From assembly GCA_001662655.1 (NCBI GenBank), contig KV460260.1: a stretch of 64,000 nt of DNA; one strand, given 5' to 3'. Both the position numbers and the translations under genes were made by a program. The notes below the pieces were generated by a model that made no database searches, was not told the DNA's origin, and was given only the letters and a program-made list of their open reading frames with translations. Below, one piece after another: positions 38,498 to 50,586 of the stretch (position 1 is its first letter; each line of letters starts with the position of its first letter). Origin of the DNA: Pseudogymnoascus verrucosus. Taxonomy: Eukaryota.

Positions 38498-38906
38498 ATT
38501 TTTTTTGCATTTTTGCCAGTTAACTGTCCTAAACAGGAATCTCAGCGAGCTTGACAATATAATTTATACGGAAAAGGTATTTATTTTAAGAAGTTAATTA
38601 TTCTCAATACCAATTAATATTTTCATTGCCAGTGCATTTACACATTGTATATATGTTCTATCGATTCTTGTTTTTTTTGAAACCTATACAAAGGCTAATT
38701 AATAAAATATGCTCTCTCTACTAATTTATGTGGTAATTAACACGTAGAAGAATTGTATTGAGAACAAGTACCTTTTATGTATAAATTATACTATAAAGAT
38801 ACCTTTAGGTCACAGTTGCGCTCGAACATATCTTATTCATAGCTCATCTTATATATTAGATTTCTGCTACACCATTATTATTTCAATCTCCGACTACTTT
38901 AACTAC

Positions 38907-40808
38907 CTAATACTGGAACCTAAAATCAAGCCTCTTATTCCCATCTGCCTCTCTCGCTGTAGCGTCTGCCTGATAAATTGATCGCTCCTCAACAGTCATC
39001 TCGTCCCAAACTGCCGCCTTCCTCTTGTTCAGAGTCTGCAAATACAGTCTCTGTGCAACAAACGTTAACAACGAAAGAGCGCAAATAGATATCAGGACTT
39101 TGTTTCCCTGCTTGTAGTACGGCGAGTCGTATTTTCGATATATCTGAGATCCGATAAGTGACCCCACCTGGACAATGACATTGTAAGTCGCAGCGGTAAT
39201 GGCGCGCTTCTTCACGTCAAATGTATTTTCCGAGATCCACGCTGAGACGATGGGGTGAAAGTAGGGATCTATAAGTACGTTAGAAAGAAAAATCAGATGT
39301 AGGACGAGGGATAAATACAGCCAGAGATCAACGTGATCAGTGAGAATCTAGACCACTCTCTTCCGCCATCAGGAAGAGTTAAAAGAGCAGCAAGAAGCGG
39401 CAGGATCCAAAATTCGCCGAAAAAACAATGGAAAGTTCTCTCGTTGAAAAATTCGCTGCTGTATGATAGAGTTAACATGGTGATAATTTGGATGACTGCC
39501 GATGGCACGGTGAGCATGTTGGAGTTGAATGTGGTGAAGTTGAGGCGTTTCAGAGTAAGTGTGAGATATGCCTGGACTGGTGTTGCCGGAATATAAGCTA
39601 CAAGTCCGACGAAGTAGAGTCCCCACATTGACTTGTCGCTCCAAGCTCTCTTGATATCCGCAAATGTGGCTGGTTCTTTTAGAGCTGTGAGGCCCTTGGC
39701 TGGATCATCTCGTAAGATGCGCTACGAATGTTAGAAACGGTTACCACTACATTCTGTTGAACTTACGTTAATCATGATAATTTCTTCTCGTTCAGTATAC
39801 CATGGCTTTCTCCAAATAACACCGGAAGTTGACGTCGGTGAACTGGGGAGATAGAAGAAACTCTTAATAAAAGTTAGCTCATGGCCCATCGAAAAAGTGA
39901 GCGCATGGGATTTCTCACGATAATACCAATCACGAAAGTTAAAATGCCCTCAATCAGGAACAGCCAAAACCATCCGGGCTTTCCACTGGTTCCACGCAGT
40001 TCGAGAATCCCAGCGGCCAGGAGTGCCGAAATAACTCTCGCAACGTTAAGAGTCGACCAAAATGCGGCGAGGCGAATAGATAACTCCTTGGACGTATAGA
40101 AGTACGTCGCGAAGAGAATAGTACCAGGAATAAAACCACCCTCAAATGCTCCGATAAGGGCCCGGGTAATGTAGAACGACGTTCTATTGGTCATCCACGA
40201 TTGAGCCCATGCTGTGGAGTATTAGCTGTCGTTAAAGCTTTTATTAGTTCAGAAGGCCTTACAAACTAAGCTCCAGCAAATCATCATGGATGGTAAGATA
40301 CGTTTAAATCCGTATCTCTTGGTCAGAATTTGGACAGGGAATTCGCAAACCATGAAGGCAAGAAGCTGAATCGTTGTGCCCTAAGGTTTTGTGAGAATTT
40401 TGAAACTTAATTCCTCAGAAAGGCAACTTACATTATTATAATCATCACTGGTGAGGTTCAAATCATCGAGGATATTATCTGCTGTTGCATTTGACAGATT
40501 TCCGCGATCAAGTTGGAGGCCCGCGAACTAAGCCAGTTAGTTACTGGGGACGCAGTGGGGATTAATTATCACCATACCATGACACAAATCCACGACAAAA
40601 GATAAAGGTCTGTTTTCAAGATTACCCTTCTCTCCTCAGCCGGAGTCCACGTGGCACCCGGATCATATCTGTGACGTCCCTCATAGTCCTCGTGGGGAGG
40701 TAGAGCATCTGAAAGATTCTCACGCCCAACTCGAACTGCCGATATCTTAGACGTATATGGCTCCCCGTTGTCTGAGATTGTCCTCTGAATAGCAATATCC
40801 TTCTCCAT
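38907..40808 (-). CDS. MFS transporter, allantoate permease (anion:cation symporter) family
   Basis: WTPAEERRVILKTDLYLLSW, GLQLDRGNLSNA, GAFEGGFIPG, KPGWFWLFLIEG, RLDFRFQY*; multiple introns. Confidence 0.9.
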
Positions 40809-41535
40809 TTGATAAATGGGCTGAAAAACCGAAGTAAAACCGCGCTATCAAAACTCTCTCAAATATTTAAGGTTCACCGTTGGATGTCAACGTCAGCGAT
40901 AGGTCAATGATATGTGGAGGCATTTGTTCAAACTATATACAAAGTCGCAACACGCGGTGCGTCGACGAACCAACACACCTCGGCACCAAATCGTTAGCAA
41001 ATGAGAATATACGCCATGTTTGTCCACAATCGCGTGATACCTCCATCCCTTGCAAAGACACGGAGCTTGTTCAAGAACGCTGGGATAATACAAAGTGCGA
41101 AGCCTGTTCGATAGAGGTTAGAAAGCGGAGGGGGAGCCAGTCGGGCCCCATGCTCCCGAGCCGCGATTCCCGATTCGCTTCAACTCCGAGAATTTCTCCG
41201 GGGGGGGTCAGCGATACCACTTCGCTGTCAATGAGGAGAAAATTTATACCCATTTCGTGGTAAAGCTATTTCAAATGTGTCTATGCACTCCGCAAGTTTC
41301 GCCGGAGAAGCTGTCGCTTCTGAATATTATAATTTGGCGCGGGTGATTCGTAATGTGGTTGATATCGTCAAGAACGACCCTTGACACCACCATTCTCTCG
41401 ACTCAACACATGAACAGCTCAAACCACAGTGAAAGCCACGCATTGAGCACGTTTCTCTTATCTGTCATTTAGTATTTCCACGAGTTATATCGCATTTGAT
41501 CCAGAGCATCTCTTGTAGAAAGCTATTTCGTCACA

Positions 41536-42812
41536 ATGCCTTCCCAAGAGGCCATCGTTCCAGCCGGAATTACTGCTACCATTCGCGGAGGCAATACTGA
41601 GGCTCAGACTAGATGTCTCAAGCCTCTCGTTAACTCTGGTTCCCTTGACAAATTTAACCATGCGGATCTAACACCAGTTATTGGCAGAGAGTTCACTGGC
41701 GTTCAGGTTGTAGACTTCCTTGGAGCTGACCAGCAGCTCATCGATGATTTGGCTATCACAAGTAAGACAGGCTTGGATCAATACACATATAACCCCTACT
41801 AACGTGGTTTTGATATCAAGTCTCAGAACGTGGCGTCGTCGTTTTCCGGGCCCAAGATATTACCCCGCAGCAAATGAAAGAGCTTGCTGAGAGGATTACC
41901 CAAGCCGGAGGGGCAGTAAGTCTTTCCAAAGACTATAGATCCATTCCCAAGTTAATCCTTCTACAGCCTGAATCATCTGGCCTCCATATTCATCCGTTAA
42001 CAGAGGCTGGTAGCGAGCTCGGTGACCAGATCAGTGTCATTAGCAGCGAGAAGCAAAAGAAGGGCGGCGGACTAACTCATCAGCTGAGCGACGTATCTCG
42101 CTTTGCCAGTGCTGGATGGCATTCGGATATTACCTTTGAACCCGTGTCATCTGATTATGCTATGCTTAAAATCCACACCCTGCCCGCCTCAGGTGGTGAC
42201 ACGGTACGCCTTTCACGTGTCAACTTGAAGATCTGTAACTAATAAGACCACAGCTTTGGGCCTCTGGATACGAAATCTATGACCGCCTATCACCAGCAAT
42301 GCAGACATTCCTAGAGGGCTTGACTGCAACCCACGATGCGAGGTTCTTCCTTGATGAAGCAGAGCGGCTTGGGAATCCTCTTCGAGATGGCATCCGTGGC
42401 TCGCCGCTGAACTTTGGTTCCAAGCTCCAAGCCGAGCATCCCGTTATTCGTACCAACCGTAAGTGTGTTCAAAGAATTTATGGAACTCGCCAACTCACTC
42501 TTTACAGCTGTCACGGGGTGGAAGTCAGTATTCGTAAATAAAGGGTTCACAACTCGCCTTAACGGCGTAACAAAAGACGAGTCAGATCTGCTCCTGGGCT
42601 ATCTTTTCAACATTGTTACACAGAATCACGATGCGCAAGTGCGAGTGAAATGGAACAAAAACGACCTCGCGATTTGGGACAACAGATCTAACTGGCACTG
42701 TGCGACGTATGATTACGAAGCTGCCAGAGCTGGTGATCGAGTCTGTTCCTTGGGCGAAGCACCGTATCTGGATCTAAACAGCAAAAGTAGGAGGGAGGCT
42801 TTATCTTTGTAG
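41536..42812 (+). CDS. TauD/TfdA-family Fe(II)/2-oxoglutarate dioxygenase (sulfonate/sulfate-ester dioxygenase-like)
   Basis: DLTPVIGREFTGVQ, RGVVVFRAQ, metal motif GWHSDITFE, GGDTLWASG, HPVIRTNP, WDNRSNWH; four introns. Confidence 0.92.
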
Positions 42813-43032
42813 ATACAAAGATGGTGGGAATCAAGTTATGCGACAAACGAACGACCATGCGGAAATTTCATCATTCGAGTAAGTATTGTTACGAGCTTTG
42901 GGGCTCATTTGAAGGCCAGAAACATAGTATATAACTTATTACAATAATCAATTAACAGTCTATCTACTCAATCATAAATACTATATCCAAACACCGATGC
43001 AATGCAAACCATTCTCTCCAACCATCCATCGC

Positions 43033-43770
43033 CTAAGCACTAGCGCTCCTCTTCGCAATCTTACAAGTGATCAAACACTGCTCCACCCCCTTTGCAATGC
43101 TCGCTGGAATCTTCCCCTTGAAATCATCAACCTGCGCTCCATCCACCGCCTGTCCAAAAGCAGCGCTGACCACATCCTCGCTTAACGCGAACAGCTCCTC
43201 CGCCACCTGCCCGGTGCCCGGGTCCTCCGAGTTGAAACTCGCCACAAATGTAGCCGGCTCGCACCCGGTGTTGAACTGTGTGTGCACACTGCCCTGGTAG
43301 AAGATCGTCATCTGGTTGGCGTTGACATCGTTCTGGATCAGGCGGCGCCCGCTCTTGGCGTCGCCGGCGGTCGTGAAGACGCCGTTCTCGACGATCATCT
43401 CGGTGTGGATTGTGCCTTGTGTTACGACTTGCAGCTCGGTACCGCGGAGATGAACGTGAGGGGTGTTGAATCCGCATGGACCGAGGAATCCAACAGCCAT
43501 CGCAGATTGTGTGCCTACAAGGGCTGGGAATGTCTTGCGGTTTGCGAGGGTGATGTCGCCCCCAAGGCCGCCTTTGCCACGGTTAACATCGAAGTTGAAG
43601 AGGAAGGAGGCGTGATCGGGAAGAAGGGCGATGCGGTCTGCGGAGGTGTCGGCGAGCGAGAGCTGAGCAGAGAGGGAGAGGGTGGAGTAGTCCCTCTGGG
43701 AGATGGGCGTGGCGATGGTGGTGGATGTGAGGGAGAGTATGGCTGCGGCGAGGAATGGTGTGAGTTGCAT
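43033..43770 (-). CDS. Secreted germin/spherulin-1-like cupin
   Basis: Signal peptide from ATG 43770 (MQLTPFLAAAILSL); ANRKTFPAL; germin box PCGFNTPHVHLRGTE; GSVHTQFN; FNSEDPG. Confidence 0.88.
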   Translation of the reverse strand: MQLTPFLAAAILSLTSTTIATPISQRDYSTLSLSAQLSLADTSADRIALLPDHASFLFNFDVNRGKGGLGGDITLANRKTFPALVGTQSAMAVGFLGPCGFNTPHVHLRGTELQVVTQGTIHTEMIVENGVFTTAGDAKSGRRLIQNDVNANQMTIFYQGSVHTQFNTGCEPATFVASFNSEDPGTGQVAEELFALSEDVVSAAFGQAVDGAQVDDFKGKIPASIAKGVEQCLITCKIAKRSASA

Positions 43771-45225
43771 TTTGGCGGTTTGTGGTGGTGATTGGTGAGG
43801 TGAGACGAGAATAAGAATCAAATGATTGAATTCAGGAAATGATGCGCTGTAGAAAAGCTGAGAAGACTGAGAGAGTAGATGAAGAAGCTGATGATGATGA
43901 AACAAAAAGATACGATACCGGCGGACCAACAGGAGAGTTATATACTCAACACCTACTTACTTACCACTGTCAATATACGCTGACCGCGCCTCCGCCCAGG
44001 CCAGCGCGACAACAACCGAATCTATTCTCATCCCATCTCGCAAAAACTCACCAACGGTTTACATCAAATCTTCGACCCATCAGCCCATCCCACGTCAAAG
44101 GTAAATCTCCCATTCGTCCAGCACCCGCTGACGTGAGAAAAGCCCCAATCCAAAAATATCCCAGCCGCCAGCACAAGCGCAAGCGAGCCAACGGCAGCCG
44201 TTTTGTTTACCGTTCCCCTGTCCGGATCGTGACGCGCCCGAGGGGCCAGAATGCGCCACACCGCCCGCGGCTGTGCATTGTTTCGTTTCGACCCGGGAGA
44301 TTGCTGATCCGCGCACGGTGTTGGACGGATGGGGAGATTTTGGCTCTTAGGCATATAATCAATTATTCCCTCTTTGGTATGAGTGGATCAGATGGCGGGT
44401 AGTGTAGGATTCCGGGATTTGATGGGTGGTCGTGATAGCACAAAGCTAAGCTTGGGATGAGGTACCAGGGGTGTGCAAGATGAGCTGTACGTACATTATC
44501 CACAACGGTAAGCAGCCACTGTATTGTTCACTCAACAAGATGTCCAAAATTAAGCCCGAGGTTTTAGCATGTATACTCATCGATGAGTAATTATCGCTGC
44601 GATAGCTCGAATTAGCATATGAGTTCAGTCAGAATACACAGAAGTATTGCATCTATGAGTACTTACTAATTAGGACTAGCGTGGTTTAGTCATCAACATA
44701 TTAACGAAATGTCGGTGACGACTTATGAGAACAACTCTTTCATACTTACAAGTGTAAACGCTTGAGTTTAAGCACTCAATACTATTCCAAGTATATTTTA
44801 GTTATGTCTCTTATCTTTCATTTCATTCTACTCATACTCGTGTTGTTTTATTTTTTATCTGCAGTAGTTCACAGCGAGAGAGTGAACTATACACTACTCT
44901 CCCTTATTCATAATATACTCCGTTCTTTGTTTCTTTGTTCTTTGTTTGCCAATAGTAGATTAATTAAATTTATCGAGCATGGAAGGGGCCACAAATTCTA
45001 CGATCTCTGTATTGGTTGTGAACTGTGAGGATCTTGTTATGTACTCTTTTAGCACCAACTTTTTCACACATTGCCCTCGTGTTGCCATTTGTACCATCGG
45101 CTTCATTCACTATTGAACTTTCTCTTACCTTACATATCTCCTGAAACTTTGTTAGTATGAAACTAACAGCAATTTGACCACCGGTTCCTGCGGTGTACTA
45201 ATATGAGCCAGGATGAATCTCAACA

Positions 45226-47217
45226 ATGGGAAACTTGGAGATTGCCCAGGGCGCCGAAGCAAATGATCCTCCTAACTCAAAGACATGCGACGTTCAGGCT
45301 GTCAACACCCCGGAGATTGCCGAGGAAAATACAGATATAGATCAGTTTGGAACAGAGTTAGGAGGAGTTGAGGCCAACGATGCCTCACAGATCGCTATCG
45401 TTTCCCGAGAGATTACCCCTCCAGGCGACACTAAAAACAAGTTGTCAAACCCGGAATCACAAGCAATTGAAGTTATGGGCGCCACAGAGGGTTTCCAGGG
45501 TGAAACATGTACAAATGGTGGCTCTGGTCCAGGATCACAAGGAGCTGGACAGTTGGATGGGAATAAACAAGAACTGGTCCTTTGGGAAAATAAGTCGCCG
45601 AAGGAGCGACTATTAAGCCGAGAATACTGTACCCAGGCATGCCTCTTGGGACTCAAGAGAGGATCAAACCTCGATGAGAGTTGTCCAAACACAGCATCAC
45701 ACCGCGTATCTGAGGGCAGCATCCACCACCCTATCGACGAGAAAGCCTTCACCCGATTAGCTCGAGAAGATCTTGCCCAAGATCTTGCGAAGTCCACAGG
45801 TGTTTATTCTGTACGTTTAAACATGAATGGCACCACAGGAACCCTCTTCAAACTCATGTTGCCACGCTACGAGTATGTTTTTGTGGGTAAAGGGACCACG
45901 TCAGAGTTCGTTTTGAATCTTCAACATGAAGCTTTAGTCTATGAACACAGACTCAAGAGTCTCCAGGGCCAGTCAGTGCCTGTATACTTAGGAAGCATCG
46001 ACGTTGACTTGGTCATAAGATGGGCCATAGGCGCAGACCAGATTGTGCACATGATGTTGATGTCGTGGTCTGGTGATACGATTCCTGAAACGGAGGTGCC
46101 AATTCTCGAGGTGAACCGGACTCTGCAAGAAGTGATCCTTAGGGGTGTCATTCACAACGACGTGTTCAAAGACAGTAGGGACTGGGCTTCTGTGCGCAAG
46201 AACATTTACATCTGGTCGACCGACAATGTGAAAAAGCACCTGTTAAGTCAGATGCGAAAAGCTGTCTGCTACCCCAACGTCCGTAGGCGCAATATGCTTT
46301 GGAATTCTGAGAGGAAGCGCGTCATGTTGATAGACTTTGAGCGTTCTATCATCCTTGATGATGAATTGGATGGGCCAGACCAAGCTGACCAACCGAAGAA
46401 ATCCGAGCAATTGGAGCATCCAGAGCATCCTAGGAACCCTGGTCATCCCGAGGAACACGGGCAACCTGGACAATTGAGTCCAAAGCGAAAGGCCAATCCA
46501 CAAGATGCGCTTTCATGGAAGAAGACCAAGGTTTATGGCGCAAACTTCCCAGGTCGTAGTCTTGGTTAGTGGCCACAAATCTAACGGGTGCGGCTTTTTA
46601 TATTTAAGCTAACTCAACGGTGCGGTTTTATAGGGGTTTTGGGTACTTTGCCAAAAGAGTTGCGCAAGATCATATATGAATATGCCATCTCTGTCGAGCC
46701 TTGTTCTCATGGGGAGCCGAACTCAGGATTGGGATTATTGGCCACATCGGCTTTGATCTACAAGGAGGTTATTCCTCTGATCTACCAGTCTCAACTATTT
46801 GGCATCGAAATTGATACGGAATCTCGAGATTTTGCATACAAACATATCAAACCCGGCCGTGAAGATATTTCTTGGGGCGTTTCTATTGAACATCTATCAA
46901 CTGATCTGGTTGACTTTGTTCAAAATCTACATGTTCGAGTCAAGCCTGGGGACGAGCCTTTTCACACATCTCTTCATGTTGCAATGGTAAAGTTTTGCCA
47001 CGAACTACAGAACAATACTCATCTCCAGTCTCTTCATATCAGCATAGAATTCCCCACGAGCAGCAAAAAAGATGAACCCTGGGCTATGTTTTACCTTTTG
47101 GAGCCGATGAAGATGCTACTCCGGGGGGGGGAGTTTGAGATTACTATGACTTCAGATATAAGTGAGGACAACGCTAGGAACACTCGGCTTATATTTGCCT
47201 ACAACAAGCGCCAATAA
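45226..47217 (+). CDS. Protein-kinase-like domain protein spliced in frame to an F-box-like C-terminal domain
   Basis: YCTQACLLGLKRG..LDESCPN, GTTGTLFK, FVGKG, HEALVY, VPVYLG, GVIHND and VMLIDFERS. Intron 46565-46633 (GTTAGT...GCTAAC...TAG) joins SL-G-VLGTLPKELRKIIYEY in frame. Confidence 0.65.
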
Positions 47218-48124
47218 AATCCCCATGATGTATCGATTTACCACGGGCAGCAAGGTGGGAAAAGAACGAGAGGCTCTGGCGTTTTGGCAGCCGTGAATGA
47301 CATTAGTACATGGCATATGTCCCCCTACAATGTATAACCGCACTTTCAAGCCGTCCCCTTGAAATGTGACAGTTAGTAATATATTCCTTCTATCCATTTA
47401 CTTTAGTTTGTCATAGTATCCCATGAGCTTTTGGCCTTAACATCAGATGTTAGCGTCTATGGAACGCTTCAGGACCATAACAAGGAAAGCACTGCCTCAT
47501 AAAGACATAAAAAAATGAACAAAGGCTCGGGCACTGATGATTTACTCCGCCATTACGAGCGTCACACAATTTTTGTACAGGTAAGTAAAATAGGGGTAGA
47601 TCGTAAGCTAGCTGTGGCACAAAGTGTAACCACATCGTCCATAGAACTGCACACAACGACGGGGGCTCCCCGCATCGTCTGTAAATGAGACATTGTCTCC
47701 AGCTCTACCAACGCCTCGATTTAATGCGGTTACGCAAGTACTTCAAACATACTTCTATTTACTAACTTATAATCTAGTATCTAGTCAGATTTGTGTTGCC
47801 ATGACTGCCGCTCGGGTTGTAATAAACGCAGAGCTACGATTATCATCCCCCTTCCAGAAGTCCACAAAGTGTCTCGCGATCATGACCGCATAAAGTAGTA
47901 ACTGTTTCACTGCATTCCAATGAACTAATAAAAAAATGCAGCAAAGTCCTTGGCAGTTCTCAGGTGAACTGAAACCACGTCCGATTTCGTAGCGAGTGAA
48001 GAGGGTCATATGGTATATAAAGGGGTTTCTTCCCATACCCCTTATAGTCGACTACCATCTCGTGCAGAGCCATAACCAACCAACTGTTCAAATTTGAATA
48101 CTTCGTAGAACCAAAAACTCCAAA

Positions 48125-48587
48125 ATGCATCTAAAGACCTGTGCCCTCTCTGTCGCACTCCTATCCGGACTCGCCTCAGCATATGTTCCGATCGGATACG
48201 GCCAACAGCTCCAGAACAACGACCAAGCCAACCATTGGGTCGTCTGGGTGGAGGGAAAATCAGCATGCCCAAACAGTCGCACCCTTGGCCTGTTGGTTAA
48301 AAGTCCATGCGGTCAGAAATTCAAGTATGATGGTGTCGAATAGTAAGTACACCCCCTTTACCCGCGGTGGCAAACCTTGAGTTCCATATGACCAATTATC
48401 TGCCCACAATTGAGCAATTCGTGCTAACCATCATTTCTTCGGTAGCAAATTGGCGGATTGTGATCAGAGCAACGAACCAAAATCACTTGTTAGCGGCGGC
48501 GTAAGTTGGAGCTGCAAACTCGACCACGATAAGATCAACTGCCATAGCGGTACTCACGACATTGTCAAGCATGGATATTGCAAATAA
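48125..48587 (+). CDS. Small secreted Cys-rich protein (119 aa, 6 Cys in the mature part)
   Basis: Signal peptide MHLKTCALSVALLSGLASA; intron 48343-48445; second exon ends HDIVKHGYCK-TAA. Confidence 0.85.
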
Positions 48588-48909
48588 ATGCAGTTTCTGC
48601 GCCTGGAGGAGGGGCAAAAGTGAGCTAGGAAATATAAAGCCTACCGTCGTCTTGGTTGGGGGTACTGAGAAACTTTGTAACTCCTGCACCAAAATCCATC
48701 GATGGTACTTGGGACATTCGGCATATCATTCCAGTTGCACTCAATCAGCTTTTAAGCCAGAAAATCTGACAGTCGTTACCGCCCGTGATAGTGCACAATA
48801 AATTTGATCTGTATGTTGACGATAACCTATATACAGAACGTCTTAAGCTCCAGCAACTTTCATCACACCAGTCAACTCACTACATCCATCCATTCCCCAG
48901 TGACACCTT

Positions 48910-49200
48910 TTAGACACCAGAGCCCTCCGCGCATCTCGCACTCGTTTTCCCACAATCAGTTGCAGCCCCATAATCGCAGCATGCTCCGCCGGCGCCACAC
49001 TGGAATGCATGTGATGCCACGCGCTTCGTCTTGACGGCGTACGTACCGGCGCCGACGACGCAGTTGCCGCAGTATATGCCTGCCTTGATGCCGGTTACGC
49101 ACGCGCACCCGTTGGAGCTGCAGGCGCGTGGCTCGAGGCTGGCCGCGTTTACGGTAGCAATGGAGGCGATGAGGAGGAGGACGGCGGATTTGAGTTGCAT
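48910..49200 (-). CDS. Small secreted Cys-rich peptide (96 aa, 10 Cys)
   Basis: Signal peptide [19 protein letters not shown]; pro-segment ending in PR; C-x4-CxC...YCGNC...[10 protein letters not shown]...C...C; GC-rich coding bias; TATA-like element upstream. Confidence 0.88.
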   Translation of the reverse strand: MQLKSAVLLLIASIATVNAASLEPRACSSNGCACVTGIKAGIYCGNCVVGAGTYAVKTKRVASHAFQCGAGGACCDYGAATDCGKTSARCAEGSGV

Positions 49201-49884
49201 CGTGACGAGTGGCTGGTGGTTTTGGTTAGCTTCAGGGCTGTGAGGTCAGGAAGGGGGTCGTACTTGGTTGGACTTTGGGACTGGTAGATACTGTTCGTTG
49301 GGTGTTATTTATGCGTTGATTTTAAGAATCAGCGAGTTTAATGTGGCGTTGCTGCATATTTATACCCCGCCGTTGATATTAACTTACCTTTATCTACGCA
49401 GCAATGAAATGCCCGTCTGACATGTTAACTCTAATATAAAGGTAGAGCTAAGCAACCCTAGAGTAAGAGCAGTCGAGAATTCTAGCCTAAAACAGAATGA
49501 TTTTCCGGCTTGGACGGCAAGGATAGGTCCTTGGCCGTGGGCAAAGCGGTGAGAAGCGGGGAGATCATCGACCAGATTCGTTGACAGATTGAGCACATGG
49601 CAAGTTGCCTGAGTAGGATTATCCCACTACTGCACCATGCTTCACAACACTTTGTTGTAACATAACTACGTAGGCTTGAACAAACAGCAGATAGGAGGCG
49701 TAAGCATGGAACGTTACAGTTCGTTTAGTCGGTATAAGCTTCCTAAAAGGACTATTGAAGCAGTAAGATGTGCAATTGTTTCCCCGACTTTCTTATCGGG
49801 GCGTGGTGGTTGAGACCCCTGTAAATGCGGGGTAGCAAATCATTTGAAAAGCTTTAAACTCAATCTCAAGCCACTCACTGTATT

Positions 49885-50076
49885 TACGGAGGTGTTGTTC
49901 ATAAGTTTTGTCAGTGGGGCCAACTATAAAAGCCACTCGCATGGCTACTTCCAAATCGCTGGTGTATCTTCCCTTATATTTTATATGTGATCGATACATG
50001 AGTTTATGCTCCTGTGCACAAATTCTGGGGTCCCATGCTTGCTCCACTGACAAAACGTTTGAACAGCACCTCCGTA
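49885..50076. mobile_element. MITE-like element (Tc1/mariner type) with ~34-bp TIRs and flanking TA
   Basis: TACGGAGGTGTTGTTCATAAGTTTTGTCAGTGGGGC (49885-49920) is the reverse complement of GCTCCACTGACAAAACGTTTGAACAGCACCTCCGTA (50041-50076) at 32/36 positions; TA at both outer ends. Confidence 0.7.
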
Positions 50077-50586
50077 GTAATTTAGTAATGGCAAAGAGGG
50101 CGTAGATTTGACTGCAACCAGCCTAAAACCCTGGTTTTAAGTGTGGCGCACATCGTTGGATGACGGGGAGGAACAGAGATATATTCATAGTTCCCCACAC
50201 TCTGCCATTAACATAATCCTCTTGTGGAATGCAGTACAGCCGAGATTTGACTATAGGATTTAGTTGTGTTTCTCCTGCCACAATGTTTTTTTTATAGGCG
50301 ATCTCTAGCCAACTCCTCTATATTGGTACAGGTGAGGCTGGTAGGGTAATGTACGTGCTGCGAAGGGAGGCTATCAGCGCACGCGCGCCTATAATACCCT
50401 TGCGTAGAGCTGCAAGGGAAACATAATTAGAGCTCCAATCGCTGTCCTTATGAGGGCCAACCTGCGCATTCACTAAGACTGCAAGGCACTGGAAGCAGAT
50501 CCTATTGCTAACCCTAAACTGACCAAGAACCAACACCTTACACTGCGACTCATAGTTGCTCCTGTACATATTAAAGGATGTACATA

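Noticed and set aside
40809..41535. CYS-3/MetR sites (ATGRYRYCAT) in the MFS/TauD promoter
   Set aside because: No clean consensus match found by eye, only partial half-sites.
43771..43929. N-terminal extension of the cupin ORF given in the ORF track
   Set aside because: It starts at a non-ATG codon and is low-complexity 5'UTR-like sequence; the signal peptide begins at ATG 43770.
44762..45028. Hydrophobic 88-aa ORF
   Set aside because: Non-ATG start in AT-rich low-complexity DNA; the hydrophobicity is explained by T-richness.
50318..50569. Possible oxygenase-like gene relic (LAVLVNAQVGPHKD)
   Set aside because: Too short and degraded to assign without a search.
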